Numbered from the stretch's first letter, positions 1 through 10,394 are shown. The stretch is DNA of 64,000 nucleotides from Candidatus Latescibacterota bacterium (GCA_965203175.1 OZ241867.1:2944001-3008000); one strand, 5' to 3'. Notes: a model not told the origin generated them from the letters alone. Program-made: numbers and translations.

Positions 1-393
1 GACGATCCCCGGCCGGAGCGCGCCGTTGATGCCCGATAGGTTGCGGCCGTGGTGCAACAGCGCATTGACGAGGGTGCCCTCGGTCGCGCCCGGAGCCGGA
101 TGCACGGTCATGCCGGCCGCCTTGTTCACGACTATCAGATCGTCGTCTTCGTACGCGATGGACAGGGGCAGCGGCTCGGGACGCACGGTTGATGGCTCGG
201 GCGCGGGCAGTTCGATGGCGATTTCGTCTCCGGGCTGGACCAAGTAGGCAGGGCGCGTCTTTTTGCCGTTGACGCGGATTGCTCCGGCCTTGATTAGTGC
301 TTGGATGCTGCTACGCGAATGTTGGGGACAGTGGGTGCGGAGGAAAAGATCGAGCCGCTCAGCGGCTGATTCGACAGGGACGGCGAGGTCCAT
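1..393 (-). CDS. RluA/RluD-family pseudouridine synthase, 5' part (runs off window edge)
   Basis: Manual translation from ATG 393: MDLAVPVESAAERLDLFL..SRSSIQALIKAG (S4 domain)..YEDDDLIVVNKAAGMTVHPAPG..TLVNALLHH..RPGIV. Follows lspA. Confidence 0.9.
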   Translation of the reverse strand, partial: MDLAVPVESAAERLDLFLRTHCPQHSRSSIQALIKAGAIRVNGKKTRPAYLVQPGDEIAIELPAPEPSTVRPEPLPLSIAYEDDDLIVVNKAAGMTVHPAPGATEGTLVNALLHHGRNLSGINGALRPGIV

Positions 394-399
394 GGGAAT

Positions 400-906
400 T
401 TACTCCCGGGCGATTTCCTCTTCGGGCGCAAGGGAGGACGGCTGCTCTGGGTTGGCGTCCGTCTTTTCGCGGCGCGAGTAGCCCAAGACCAAGAGCAAGA
501 CGCCGACGGTGACGAAGGAATCGGCGAAGTTGAAGATCGGCCAGCGCAAATCCCCGAGGCCGAAGTCGAAAAAATCCACCACTTCCCCCAAGTACAGGCG
601 GTCGATGATGTTGCCCACGGCACCGCCTAATACTAGGCAGAGCGCTAGGCGCAAGAACCGCTCGTTTTCGGCGAGCGAGCGATAGAGGTAAATGAGGATG
701 CCGAGCGCGAGGATCGAGAAGGCGGTGTGCAGAAGTGGGCTGCCCACGTTCAGCCCAAAGGCCGCGCCTGGGTTGTGGATGTAGGTCAGGCGGAAGAAGT
801 CGCCCAATACAGGCTCGGACTGGTGCAGCGCCATGGAGCCGCGGACGATGAATTTGCTCGCTTGATCGATGGCCACGGCCAGTGGTATGATCCACAGGAA
901 CGTCAC
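400..906 (-). CDS. lspA: Lipoprotein signal peptidase II
   Basis: Motifs DQASK, NPGAAFG, GGAVGNIIDR, VVDF, IFNFAD; hydrophobic. Confidence 0.96.
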   Translation of the reverse strand: MTFLWIIPLAVAIDQASKFIVRGSMALHQSEPVLGDFFRLTYIHNPGAAFGLNVGSPLLHTAFSILALGILIYLYRSLAENERFLRLALCLVLGGAVGNIIDRLYLGEVVDFFDFGLGDLRWPIFNFADSFVTVGVLLLVLGYSRREKTDANPEQPSSLAPEEEIARE

Positions 907-1307
907 TCTAAGTCCGACTCTTCCTCGCGCTTGGACTTGCAGCTAATGCACTGGGTGGCGGTGGGCACAGCTTCTAGGCGGCCGCGGCCGATTGGCCCCT
1001 GGCAGATGCGGCAAATACCAAAGGTGCCGTCCTCGATGCGTTGCAGGGCCTCGTTTAAGTAGTCGATGTAATCGCCACCGCGCTGGGCGAGGAGCAGGGA
1101 TTTTTCCCGCTCCATGGCGTCGGTCCCGTGGTCGGCCATGTGCAGCGAGTAGGTTGAGCGATCCTCGGAGGCTGTTTCCCGGGCGTCGTTGCGCGAGGTG
1201 TTTTCGATGGCTTCGACATCATCCGAGGTCTGGGCGATTTTTTCGAGTAGCAATTTCTTAAAAAAATCGAGGTGTTCTTGGTCCATCTGATTGGGTTTGT
1301 TATCCAT
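903..1307 (-). CDS. DksA/TraR C4 zinc-finger protein
   Basis: Start MDNKPNQ at ATG 1307 with GAGG upstream; HMADHGTD coiled-coil tip; FGICRIC..RLEAVP..CISC. Confidence 0.9.
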   Translation of the reverse strand: MDNKPNQMDQEHLDFFKKLLLEKIAQTSDDVEAIENTSRNDARETASEDRSTYSLHMADHGTDAMEREKSLLLAQRGGDYIDYLNEALQRIEDGTFGICRICQGPIGRGRLEAVPTATQCISCKSKREEESDLE

Positions 1308-1333
1308 TTTACTTTCACCTCTCTTCACTAGTG

Positions 1334-4300
1334 CTAGGCCTTGGCGATGGCAATGGTGCCGTCGTGGCCGTTGACCTGCCGCTCCTGTTGCAAGAGCGCC
1401 TCTTGGGGCAATTCTCCGGTGTGGAGGGCTAGCGCTAAGATTTCGGTGGCGATGTACGAGCTGTGCTGCCGAACCACTCCCTCCAGAGCGGTCGCGCCTT
1501 GTATCCAAACGTGGATGCGGTCGGCGACGTCTAGCCCGGCGTCTTTGCGCATGTTCTGTACGCGGTTGACGAATTCGCGCGCAGTGCACTCGGCGATCAG
1601 CTCGTCGTCGAGCTGGATGTCCAGCCCCACCCCGAGGTTGTTATCGATGGCTACCACCACGCCCTCTTTCTCCCGGCGCTGCACAGCGATGTCGGCCAGC
1701 CCGATCTCGCCGCCAGCCACGGAGAGCTGACCACCGCTTTCGAGGAGGTGTACATCCTCGGCCGTCAGGGTTTGGATGCGGGCGGCGACTTCTGGCATCC
1801 GCTTGCCGAAGCGCGGCCCTAGGGCGCGGAAGTCGGGCCGGTAGGAGACCTCGCTGAACTCGGTCTCGTCCTCCACCAACACTATTTCTTTGACGTTGAG
1901 TTCGTCGGCTAGCAGGTCGGTCATCTGCTCTAGCCCGTGGTGGCTGTGTCCGTTGGGGGGCAGGAGCCAGAGATGTCGCAGCGGCTGGCGCACTTTGAGT
2001 TCGTGCTTGCTGCGCAGCGAGCGGCCCAAGACCACGGCCCGCGTCGCCAGTTCCATTTGCTGCTCTAAGGCGGCGTCGCGCAAGTGCTCGTCGGCCTGCG
2101 GCATGTCGCACAGATGGACGCTTTCAGGTGCTTCGGGATCCACGCGGCGCACCAAGTTTTGGTAGATAATCTCGGTGATAAAGGGCAAGACCGGCGCCAG
2201 GGCTTTGATGAAGGTCACCAGCACCCGATAGAGGGTGTCGTACGCGGCCTCCTTGTCTTGGTCGTCTTCGGACTTCCAGAAGCGGCGGCGGCTGCGGCGG
2301 ATGTACCAGTTGGTCAGCTTCTCGATAAAGGCTACCATTGCCGGTACCGTGCGATAGAGCCGGTAGGCTTCCATTTCGGCGTTGAGGTCGTGGAGCAGGG
2401 TCTGCAACTCCGAAAGAATCCAGCGGTCGAGGCGGTGGTCGAGCGTCTGCGCGCGGTTCTCGTCTGGCGTCCAACCGTCAATGGTCGCGTAGGTGACGAA
2501 AAAGCTATAGGCATTCCACAAGGGGATGATGACATCGCGCAGGCTCTGCTTGATGCCCTCTTCGGTAAGGCGCATCTCCTCGGCCTTCATGGCCGGCGAG
2601 TTGAGCAGATAGAGGCGCAAGGCGTCGGCACCGTAGGTCTCGAGCATTTCAGCCGGATCGGGGTAGTTCTTCAAGCGCTTGCTCAGCTTGCGTCCATCGG
2701 AGGCGAGCAACATGCCACCGACGATGCAGTTGTGGAAAGCCGGCTTGTCGAACAGCGCCGCAGCCAAGATCGTCAGAGTGTAGAACCACCCTCGGGTCTG
2801 ATCGAGGTTCTCGGAGATAAAGTTGGCTGGGAAAGAAGCTTCAAAGTCCTCGCGCCGCCCAAAGGGGTAGTGGCTTTGCGCGTACGGCATGGACCCGGAC
2901 TCAAACCAACAGTCGAGGACTTCGGGCACGCGCCGCAGCGAGCCGTTCCCAGACGGCGCTGGGATCTCGAGGTCGTCGATGAAGTGCTTGTGCAAGTCGT
3001 CCACGTCGCGTCCGGTGAGTTCGCACAACTCCTGGCGGCTGCCGACGCACACGGCTTCGCCCGTTTCCTCGTTGCGCCAGATCGGCAGCGGCGTTCCCCA
3101 GTAGCGGTTGCGGCTGACGGCCCAGTCCGGTGCTGACTCAACGCCCTTGCCGAAGCGACCATTGCGGATGTGTTCGGGAATCCACCAGATCTGCTGGTTG
3201 GCGGCGAGCATCTTCTCCTTTACCTCGCCTTCGATTTTCACGAACCAAGTGGAGATCGTGCGGTAGATCAGGGGCGAGTCGCAGCGCCAGCAGAAGGGGT
3301 ACGAGTGCTCGATGGAGCCTTCGGAGAATAGCTGATCCAAGGCGCGCAAACGGCGGATGATGGGCGTATCGGTGTCCTTCACGAAAGTGCCCGCAAAGTC
3401 TGGGATCTCGTCGGTGAAGCAGCAGTCGGCGTCGATAGGGCAGACCACGGGCAAGCCTTCGGCCAGACCGAGTTGGTAATCGTCTTCGCCGAACCCAGGG
3501 GCAATGTGGACGATACCAGTGCCGTCGTCGGTGGATACGAAGTCGGCTGTTACGACGCGGAAAGCGCCCTCTTCGGCATGGCCAGCGAAGTAGTCGAACA
3601 GGGGCTCGTAGCGCAATCCGACGAGGTCTTCGACGGCGACTGGCGTTATCTCGGCGATTTCGCTGTCGTGCCGGCGGAAGAGATCTTCGACGAGGGAAGC
3701 GGCGAGGATCAAGTGCTCCCCGTCGCCGGTGGTGACGCGCACGTACTCGATGTCGCGGCCGACGGCCAAGCCCATGTTGGAGGTCAAGGTCCACGGGGTC
3801 GTCGTCCAAGCGAGCAGGGACAGTCGCTGCTCACCGAGGACGCGGAAGCGCACCGTGATTGACGGGTCCTGAGTGTCTTGGTAGCCTTGGTTGACCTCGA
3901 AGTTCGACAGTGGTGTCGCGCAGCGGGGACAGTAGGCGAGGGACTTGTAGCCCTCATAGACGAGTCCCTTGTCCCACAGCGATTTAAACACCCACCACAC
4001 GGACTCCATGAAATCGGGGTCCATCGTCCGGTACTGGTTGTCCCAGTCAACCCAGCGCCCGAGCCGCTCAATCAGCCTTTGCCACTCGGCCGTGTAGCGC
4101 AGCACCAAATCTCGGCAGGCCTCGTTGAACTGGGCTACGCCGTATTCTAGAATGTCGCGTCGCGACTGGAGCCCGAGCTGCTGTTCAGCTTCGTTCTCGA
4201 CGGGCAGGCCGTGACAGTCCCAACCCCAGCGCCGCTCGACTCGGTAGCCGCGCATCGTCCAGTAGCGGGGCACCACGTCCTTGGTAATGGACGCCAGCAG

Positions 4301-4489
4301 GTGTCCGTAGTGGGGCAGTCCGGTCGCAAAGGGTGGCCCGTCGTAGAACCGAAAGGGCCGCTCGACGGAGCGGGTATCGACGGACTTGCGATACAGGTTG
4401 CCGTCGCGCCAGAACTCGAGGATGTGGCGCTCCTGAGCGGGAAAATCGACTCGGGACGGAACCGGGGCAAAAGGGGTTTGGGCTGCCAT
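1334..4489 (-). CDS. ileS: Isoleucyl-tRNA synthetase, type 2 (IleRS2)
   Basis: GPPFATGLPHYGH, GWDCHGLP, WTTTPWTL, DWAVSRNRYWG, DQTRGWF, KLSKR; 1051 aa with the type-2 C-terminus. Confidence 0.97.
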   Translation of the reverse strand: MAAQTPFAPVPSRVDFPAQERHILEFWRDGNLYRKSVDTRSVERPFRFYDGPPFATGLPHYGHLLASITKDVVPRYWTMRGYRVERRWGWDCHGLPVENEAEQQLGLQSRRDILEYGVAQFNEACRDLVLRYTAEWQRLIERLGRWVDWDNQYRTMDPDFMESVWWVFKSLWDKGLVYEGYKSLAYCPRCATPLSNFEVNQGYQDTQDPSITVRFRVLGEQRLSLLAWTTTPWTLTSNMGLAVGRDIEYVRVTTGDGEHLILAASLVEDLFRRHDSEIAEITPVAVEDLVGLRYEPLFDYFAGHAEEGAFRVVTADFVSTDDGTGIVHIAPGFGEDDYQLGLAEGLPVVCPIDADCCFTDEIPDFAGTFVKDTDTPIIRRLRALDQLFSEGSIEHSYPFCWRCDSPLIYRTISTWFVKIEGEVKEKMLAANQQIWWIPEHIRNGRFGKGVESAPDWAVSRNRYWGTPLPIWRNEETGEAVCVGSRQELCELTGRDVDDLHKHFIDDLEIPAPSGNGSLRRVPEVLDCWFESGSMPYAQSHYPFGRREDFEASFPANFISENLDQTRGWFYTLTILAAALFDKPAFHNCIVGGMLLASDGRKLSKRLKNYPDPAEMLETYGADALRLYLLNSPAMKAEEMRLTEEGIKQSLRDVIIPLWNAYSFFVTYATIDGWTPDENRAQTLDHRLDRWILSELQTLLHDLNAEMEAYRLYRTVPAMVAFIEKLTNWYIRRSRRRFWKSEDDQDKEAAYDTLYRVLVTFIKALAPVLPFITEIIYQNLVRRVDPEAPESVHLCDMPQADEHLRDAALEQQMELATRAVVLGRSLRSKHELKVRQPLRHLWLLPPNGHSHHGLEQMTDLLADELNVKEIVLVEDETEFSEVSYRPDFRALGPRFGKRMPEVAARIQTLTAEDVHLLESGGQLSVAGGEIGLADIAVQRREKEGVVVAIDNNLGVGLDIQLDDELIAECTAREFVNRVQNMRKDAGLDVADRIHVWIQGATALEGVVRQHSSYIATEILALALHTGELPQEALLQQERQVNGHDGTIAIAKA

Positions 4490-4490
4490 G

Positions 4491-4784
4491 CTATTCGGCT
4501 GCGGGGAAGATATTGTTGAGGAAGACGACGACGAGTCTGAGCAGAAAAAACAGGACTATCGGCGTAAAGTCTATTCCGGTTGACCAGAAAAACCTCGGCA
4601 AGAAAGAGCGCACTGTATCGAGGGCCGGATCGGTGACGCCGCGCAGGAATTGGACGAGCGGGTTGTGGGGGCTGGGATTAAACCACGAAATCAGCACCCG
4701 GATGAGGACCACGTAGCTGTAGATCGTGATGAGACCAATGAGGAGGCCCTTGATGTCTGTAAAAAAACCGCCGAAATCGAACAC
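4491..4784 (-). CDS. yggT: YggT-family membrane protein
   Basis: IRVLISWF.P..NPLVQFL..VTDP.L..IDFTPIV pattern; next to yggS. Confidence 0.9.
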   Translation of the reverse strand: MFDFGGFFTDIKGLLIGLITIYSYVVLIRVLISWFNPSPHNPLVQFLRGVTDPALDTVRSFLPRFFWSTGIDFTPIVLFFLLRLVVVFLNNIFPAAE

Positions 4785-4800
4785 GATTATCTCCTGTGCA

Positions 4801-5493
4801 TCAGGTCGGCCGCGGGCCGAAGATGGCTGTGCCGAGGCGCAATAGACTGGCCCCTTCGGCTATGGCGAGTTCAAAGTCGCCGCTCATGCCCATGGACAGG
4901 TAGTCCATGGACACGCCTGCAAATTCGCACTCGATGACTTTTTCGCCGAGTGCGCGCAAGGTCTGGAAGCAACCTCGGACTGTGGCCTCGTCCTCGCTGT
5001 GGGCGGCAATGGTCATCAAGCCGCGGATTCGCAAATGCGGCAGCGGCGCGAGGGCTGCGACTAGATCGACGAGCTGGTCGGGTGCCACTCCGGATTGGCT
5101 CAGGCTGCCGGACGTGTTTATCTGCAAGAGCACCTCGATGGTGCGGCCGGCCTGCTCGGCCCGGCGGCTGAGTGCCCTCGCTAACCGTGCGGAATCGACC
5201 GATTGCACGAGGTCGAAAAGCTCGACGGCCCGCCCGGCTTTATTCGTCTGCAAATGGCCGACGAAGTGCCAAGCGAGCGGTGCGGCAACCTGTGGGCGCT
5301 TGACCGCTGCTTCTTGGATGCGGTTTTCGCCTACTAGGCGCAAGCCGCAGGCGTAAGCGGCCTCGATTTCGCATGCACTGCGCGTTTTGCTGACAGCGAC
5401 GACCTCAATCGCGCTCGCTGCGCGCCCGCTGCGCTCGGCCGCCCGCTCGATGCGAGCGCGCAACAATTCCCAGTTTTCGCGAATGTGGTCCAT
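4801..5493 (-). CDS. yggS: PLP homeostasis protein YggS
   Basis: VAVSKT, GENRIQE, WHFVGHLQTNK, GLMT, LSMGMSGDF, RLGTAIFG; likely start MDHIREN at 5493. Confidence 0.95.
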   Translation of the reverse strand: MDHIRENWELLRARIERAAERSGRAASAIEVVAVSKTRSACEIEAAYACGLRLVGENRIQEAAVKRPQVAAPLAWHFVGHLQTNKAGRAVELFDLVQSVDSARLARALSRRAEQAGRTIEVLLQINTSGSLSQSGVAPDQLVDLVAALAPLPHLRIRGLMTIAAHSEDEATVRGCFQTLRALGEKVIECEFAGVSMDYLSMGMSGDFELAIAEGASLLRLGTAIFGPRPT

Positions 5494-5558
5494 GAAAATA
5501 TTTAGACTATTAAAGATACGAATCAGCCTAGTCGGACACAAACGAGCAGCGGCTTGGC

Positions 5559-6770
5559 TTAGGCCGCTGTACCGTCTTCTGAGGACTGGGCCTTTTCCGG
5601 CGCGGAAAGGCTTGCATCTACGATTGATGCCAAGGAAGAGAAGAGAAGGGTCGAAACGAGAATGTCCAAGAGCACAGCCTGCGCCAACAGACCCTGGCCC
5701 CCTACGTGGGGGGCCAGCCCATGCGGGCTGCAGAACAACTCAAATAGCAACGCGCCGCGCGGCAGGAGCCGCCAGCCAATGCGCCGACCCGGATGGGGTC
5801 CGGGCAGCGGGTAGTACGCCATGGGGGCTAACCCCCGCAAAAGCAGCGGTACGGCCACCAGGACGAGCGCGACTTCGTACAACCCGGTTGCGGGCGGCCA
5901 CAGCGCGCCGAGATTGAGCGCGGTCCCCACGAGCGCGAAAAAGAGCATGAAGGCCACTGGCGCACCCCGGTGCAGCAGCAACCGCACGCGACGGCTTTGC
6001 TGCTTGTCCTGCACGAGGCCCGCCACCAGCCCGCAGGGCAGCGCCATCAGTCCGAGGAACTCCAGTGCGAGAGCCGCGAAAAAAAAAGCTCCCACTAGGC
6101 TGGAGACTACGGTCGTGCTCGGGGTAGCGAATCGACCTAAAAGGCGCAGTCCCAATCCCAGTCCACCGCCGGCCACGAGCGACAAGCCGACGCGCCCGAC
6201 CCATCCCGTGGCCCCGGTTTCCATCAGGACCAGTGCGCCTCCCAAGGCCCCGAGGGCGCAGCCGGTTCCCAGCACGGCCAGTAGCAGCGCAGTGCGCCGG
6301 CCAAATTCCGGCACGCCGGTGAAGGGACCCCACAAGCTGGCCAATGCTCCGAGGAGTACGGCTTGCTTCCAAGGCAACCCGAGCAATGCAGTGGCCGCCG
6401 TCACGGCTGCAAATACCAGCGCGGTCGCCGCCGCTGCCAACCCAAGCATGCGCCAAGCGTGCGTTGGCCATACGACGTGTAGCCCCACTTGAAACCCGAC
6501 CCCGAGGCCCACCGTGAGAAAGAGCACTTGATGCAGGGAGAACGCGCCTAGATCGACGAGCTGTAAACCTCCAGTGCCCAACAACATCCCGGCTCCGATC
6601 CACCCCACCAGCGTCGGCAGGCGAATCGCCTGCGCTAGCTGGCCTCCAGCCGCGGCCAACAGGGCTAGGGCACCCAGCATCCACGCGGCGTCAAAGGGAC
6701 TGGATCGATCCTGCAGCGGCCCGTAGTAGATCAAGAGCAGGACAAAGGCAGCTACTACTATCGTTTTCAT
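5559..6770 (-). CDS. Polytopic membrane protein, cation:proton antiporter-like (divergent)
   Basis: About 12 hydrophobic segments; RLPTLVGWIGAGMLLG, LFFALVG..L and LLPRG resemble Na+/H+ exchanger patterns. Confidence 0.55.
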   Translation of the reverse strand: MKTIVVAAFVLLLIYYGPLQDRSSPFDAAWMLGALALLAAAGGQLAQAIRLPTLVGWIGAGMLLGTGGLQLVDLGAFSLHQVLFLTVGLGVGFQVGLHVVWPTHAWRMLGLAAAATALVFAAVTAATALLGLPWKQAVLLGALASLWGPFTGVPEFGRRTALLLAVLGTGCALGALGGALVLMETGATGWVGRVGLSLVAGGGLGLGLRLLGRFATPSTTVVSSLVGAFFFAALALEFLGLMALPCGLVAGLVQDKQQSRRVRLLLHRGAPVAFMLFFALVGTALNLGALWPPATGLYEVALVLVAVPLLLRGLAPMAYYPLPGPHPGRRIGWRLLPRGALLFELFCSPHGLAPHVGGQGLLAQAVLLDILVSTLLFSSLASIVDASLSAPEKAQSSEDGTAA

Positions 6771-6803
6771 GGCGAGAGGCGGTCCCGCCCGCAATCGGCT
6801 GGC

Positions 6804-9338
6804 TTAGTCGGTCTCTTTGGCGGCGGCCCGCTGGTGGCCTAGGTAAAGCACCGGACTGGCGACGAATACAGACGAATAAGTGCCGACCACGACGCCGATC
6901 ATCAAGGTGATGGTGAAGTCGCGGTTGACTTCGCCGCCAAAGATCATCAGCACCAGCACCGCCATGAGGGTCGTCGCCGAGGTGATCAGCGTGCGGCTCA
7001 GACACTCGTTGATGCTCTGGTTGACTGTGCCGTCAAAGCCCTGCCGCCGGGCTGTGTGTAAGTTCTCGCGGATGCGGTCGAAGACCACGATCGTGTCGTT
7101 GAGTGAATAGCCCACAATGGCCAGCAGCGCGGCGACCACCGCGAGGGTAATCTCAATGTTGAAGAGCGAAAGCAACCCGAGGGTGATGAGCACGTCGTGG
7201 AAAAGCGCGACGACCGCGGCGATCCCATAGAGGAAGCGGTGGAAGCGCCAAGCCATGTAGATCAGAATCAGCGCCAGTGCCACCAACACCGCGCGCACGG
7301 CCGCGTTGCTCAGTTCGCTGCCGATTTTGGGGCCGACCTTTTCTTGGCGCCGAATCCACTCCATTTCTTCAATACTGGAGGCAAATCCGGCCTTGAGAAC
7401 CCCCATAATGCCGTCGGCGACCTCGGTACCTGTCCCGCTTTCGCTGACGCGGATGAGAATGTCGTTTTCCGAGCCGAACTGCTTGATCTCGCTCTTGCTC
7501 AGGTCAACCTCGGCATCGCCCACGGGAACGCGGCCGAGCTGGCCGCGGATATCCTCGACTTGTACGGCTGGATCGAAGTGCAACTCCAGCAAGGTGCCGC
7601 CGGCGAAGTCAATGCCCTTGCGGATGCCATTGGTGCCCAAATTGGTGCCCAAAATGGAGACGATGCCGATGAGCAGCACGGCCGCCGAGGTGCCGAAACC
7701 AATGTTGCGCAGGGAGAGGAAGCGGATGTTCAAATTGGAGAACAGTCCAACGGGCCCGATGCTCAAGGTCGATTGCTCCGATTTCCTGGTAATCAAGTCG
7801 AAAATCGTGCGGGTTACAAAGAAGGCCGTAAAGAGGCTGGAGATGATGCCGATGCACAAGGTCAAAGCAAAGCCGCGGATCGGCCCGGTGCCGAACTGAT
7901 AGAGCACGATGCCGACTAAGAATGTGGTCACATTGGCGTCGATGATGGCCGAGAGCGCATGGCCGTAGCCGGAATCTATGGCCGCGCGCACGGTCTTGCC
8001 CGAGCGCAGTTCTTCGCGAATGCGCTCGAAGATCAGCACATTGGCGTCAACGGCCATGCCGATGGTCAGGATGATGCCAGCGATACCGGGCAAGGTCAGC
8101 GTGGCGTGAAAACCGGCCAGTACCGCCATGATGAAGAGCATGTTGAGCAGGAGGGCGCAGTCGGCGATCAACCCGGCAGCGCGGTAGTAGAGGACCATGA
8201 AGATCACGACCAATATCATGCTATAGATCGCTGCGGTTTTGCCTTGCTCGATGGAGTCGCGCCCGAGCGAGGGGCCAACCGTGCGGTCTTCGATGATTTC
8301 GACCTCGGCCGGTAGCGCGCCGGCCCGCAGCACAATGGAGAGGTCTTTGGCTTCTTCTTGGGTGCCGCTACCGGTGATGATGCCGCGCCCCTCGCTGATT
8401 TTACTTTGGATGACTGGGGCCGAGTACACGGATTCGTCGAGGACGATGGCCATGCGCTCGCCGATGTGCGAACCCGTGATGCGGCTGAAGAGCCGCACTC
8501 CTTCGTCGGTGGTCGAGAAATTGACGATGGGCTGGCCCATGTACTCGACGACTTGGCCGATGGAGACAAAGGCGTCCTGAATCATGTGCCCGGTCATCTC
8601 CGGTTTCTTGCGCACCAAGTAGAGGAAGTAGAACTCATTGCCCTCGGCTCCGGCGGGCTTGCTCGAAAAGAGGAATTCTACATCTGCGGGGATGAGCTCT
8701 TGGGCCTCTGGAGCGTTGAGCAAGTTTTTGACGCGCTGCAAGTCTCGGCCCGAGACCGTGAGGTCTTCACCGGCGAGGCTGAGCAGGGAGGATAGGGGGG
8801 CGCTTTCTGGTGTGGAGGAAAGGAGGAGGTCTTCTTCTTCCTCTTCTTCCTCCTCTTGCGGGGCCAGCACTTGGTCGATGCGCTGGATTAGGCGAGTGCG
8901 ATCCTCAGAAGGTTCGAGGAGTTGGAATTCGAGAAGCGCGGTCTGGCCCACTAGGTCTTTGGCGCGCTGCACGTCTTGGACGCCGGGCAATTCGATGATG
9001 ATGCGGTTGTCGCCTTGGCGCTGAATGGTCGGCTCGGCTACCCCGAACTGATCGACGCGATTGCGGATGACTTCCTGGGCTTGGGCGACCGCATCTTGGG
9101 CTTCCTGCTGTTCCATCCCCTCGGTCTTGACCTCTAGGACGAGGTGGATACCGCCCTGCAAGTCCAGTCCCAAGTTGAGCGAGCGCTTTTTCAGATCGAC
9201 GAGTTGCTCGGGGGACTTTAGTTCCATGACTTCTCGCTCGTCGTCCGTCATGCTGTAAAAATCCACGCTTGGCAGCAGGTAGTACACTGCGGCGGCGATT
9301 AGTGCCACGATCAGCACGAGTTTCCGGTTGCGTTTCAT
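6804..9338 (-). CDS. secDF: Fused protein translocase SecDF
   Basis: LGLDLQGG, VGPSLG, GMAVDANVLIFERIREE (SecD) and GIDFAGG, VGPKIG, GYSLNDTIVVFDRIRE (SecF) in one ORF. Confidence 0.97.
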   Translation of the reverse strand: MKRNRKLVLIVALIAAAVYYLLPSVDFYSMTDDEREVMELKSPEQLVDLKKRSLNLGLDLQGGIHLVLEVKTEGMEQQEAQDAVAQAQEVIRNRVDQFGVAEPTIQRQGDNRIIIELPGVQDVQRAKDLVGQTALLEFQLLEPSEDRTRLIQRIDQVLAPQEEEEEEEEDLLLSSTPESAPLSSLLSLAGEDLTVSGRDLQRVKNLLNAPEAQELIPADVEFLFSSKPAGAEGNEFYFLYLVRKKPEMTGHMIQDAFVSIGQVVEYMGQPIVNFSTTDEGVRLFSRITGSHIGERMAIVLDESVYSAPVIQSKISEGRGIITGSGTQEEAKDLSIVLRAGALPAEVEIIEDRTVGPSLGRDSIEQGKTAAIYSMILVVIFMVLYYRAAGLIADCALLLNMLFIMAVLAGFHATLTLPGIAGIILTIGMAVDANVLIFERIREELRSGKTVRAAIDSGYGHALSAIIDANVTTFLVGIVLYQFGTGPIRGFALTLCIGIISSLFTAFFVTRTIFDLITRKSEQSTLSIGPVGLFSNLNIRFLSLRNIGFGTSAAVLLIGIVSILGTNLGTNGIRKGIDFAGGTLLELHFDPAVQVEDIRGQLGRVPVGDAEVDLSKSEIKQFGSENDILIRVSESGTGTEVADGIMGVLKAGFASSIEEMEWIRRQEKVGPKIGSELSNAAVRAVLVALALILIYMAWRFHRFLYGIAAVVALFHDVLITLGLLSLFNIEITLAVVAALLAIVGYSLNDTIVVFDRIRENLHTARRQGFDGTVNQSINECLSRTLITSATTLMAVLVLMIFGGEVNRDFTITLMIGVVVGTYSSVFVASPVLYLGHQRAAAKETD

Positions 9339-9356
9339 AAATTTGTCTTTACTCCA

Positions 9357-10394
9357 CTATTGCCGAGCGCAGCCCGGCGAAGGTTTGCTGCTATTGCAAA
9401 AGCGAAAGCGGTCGCGCATCCCAGTTGACGCCCGGTGCATGAGCTGCCCGTCTCGCGCAAAAAAAATGAAGCCCTCGACGTCCGGTAGGCCCTCGACGAG
9501 CGCGAGTCCTTGCTCAGGCCCTAAGACGAAGACCGCGGTTGACAGGATATCGGCGTCCAGGGCGGTAGCAGCCCACACAGTAGCGCTTATGCACGCCCGC
9601 GCTGGATAGCCAGTCTTGGGGTCGAGCAGATGGTGATAGCGCTCGTCCTCCCAATCAAAGTACTGCTCGTAGTCGCCGGAGGTCGCGATCGCCGCGAGTC
9701 CGAGGTCCTCTACTGCTATGTATTGCTCTGGGGCGCGCGGGTGCTGGACCCCAAAGAGCCAAGGCCGACCGTCCGGCTTTTCACCCCAATAGCGAATGTC
9801 GCCGCCGGCCTCGATCACTCCGGCCTCCACCCCTAACTCCTGCATGGCCGCTACGGCTTGGTCAACCGCGTAGCCTTTGGCCGCTGCTCCCAGGTCCAAC
9901 CGCAGTCCCGGCCTGTTGATCCGAAACGACTGGGCGGCAACTTCCAACCCTTCGTAACCCACCAGCGTCAGTGCTGAATCGATCTGCGCCGGGGCAGGCG
10001 GTGCTACCGCATCGGAGAAGTTCCAAAGGCTCGTCAATGCCCCCACCGTGCAGTCAAAAGCTCCGTCGGTCAACGCGGCGAAATGCTGGCTGCGCGTCAA
10101 GACCGCAATCAACCCGGCTGGGCCACGCGTCGGAGCGAACTGCGCCTGCTGTTCTAGTCGCCGCAGTACACCGTCCTCGCGGTAGTGGCTCATTGACGAA
10201 TCGACGCGGGCGATCTCTGCGTACGCCGCCTCTATGTGCGGGCGAACCACTGCTCCGTCTCCGTAGAGTTTGACCGTGACGAGGGTTCCCAACAAGAGGC
10301 GGTCTGCGCGCACCGGCGCGGCAGGCCGAGGCGACGGCAGAAAGTACAGGACCACGGCCAAACCGCCTACGGCCAGCAGACTGCGCTTGAGCAT
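9357..10394 (-). CDS. apbE: FAD:protein FMN transferase (ApbE family)
   Basis: TDGAFD.TVG, LDLGAAAKGYAVD, GGDI, ATSGDYE, YHHLLDPKTG, ADILST. Confidence 0.93.
   Translation of the reverse strand: MLKRSLLAVGGLAVVLYFLPSPRPAAPVRADRLLLGTLVTVKLYGDGAVVRPHIEAAYAEIARVDSSMSHYREDGVLRRLEQQAQFAPTRGPAGLIAVLTRSQHFAALTDGAFDCTVGALTSLWNFSDAVAPPAPAQIDSALTLVGYEGLEVAAQSFRINRPGLRLDLGAAAKGYAVDQAVAAMQELGVEAGVIEAGGDIRYWGEKPDGRPWLFGVQHPRAPEQYIAVEDLGLAAIATSGDYEQYFDWEDERYHHLLDPKTGYPARACISATVWAATALDADILSTAVFVLGPEQGLALVEGLPDVEGFIFFARDGQLMHRASTGMRDRFRFCNSSKPSPGCARQ

Noticed and set aside
1308-1589. N-terminal extension of the DksA-like ORF (903..1589)
   Set aside because: Overlaps the 3' end of ileS; an RBS supports the ATG at 1307.
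2084-3136. Long antisense or alternative-frame ORFs (also 15473..16459, 25062..26216, 59573..60469)
   Set aside because: Shadow ORFs of well-supported genes, expected at high GC; no recognisable motifs.
7630-7653. 12-bp tandem duplication (LGTN-LGTN) in secDF, plus a poly-Glu run near 8830-8858
   Set aside because: In-frame micro-repeats in probable loop regions; no sign of phase variation.
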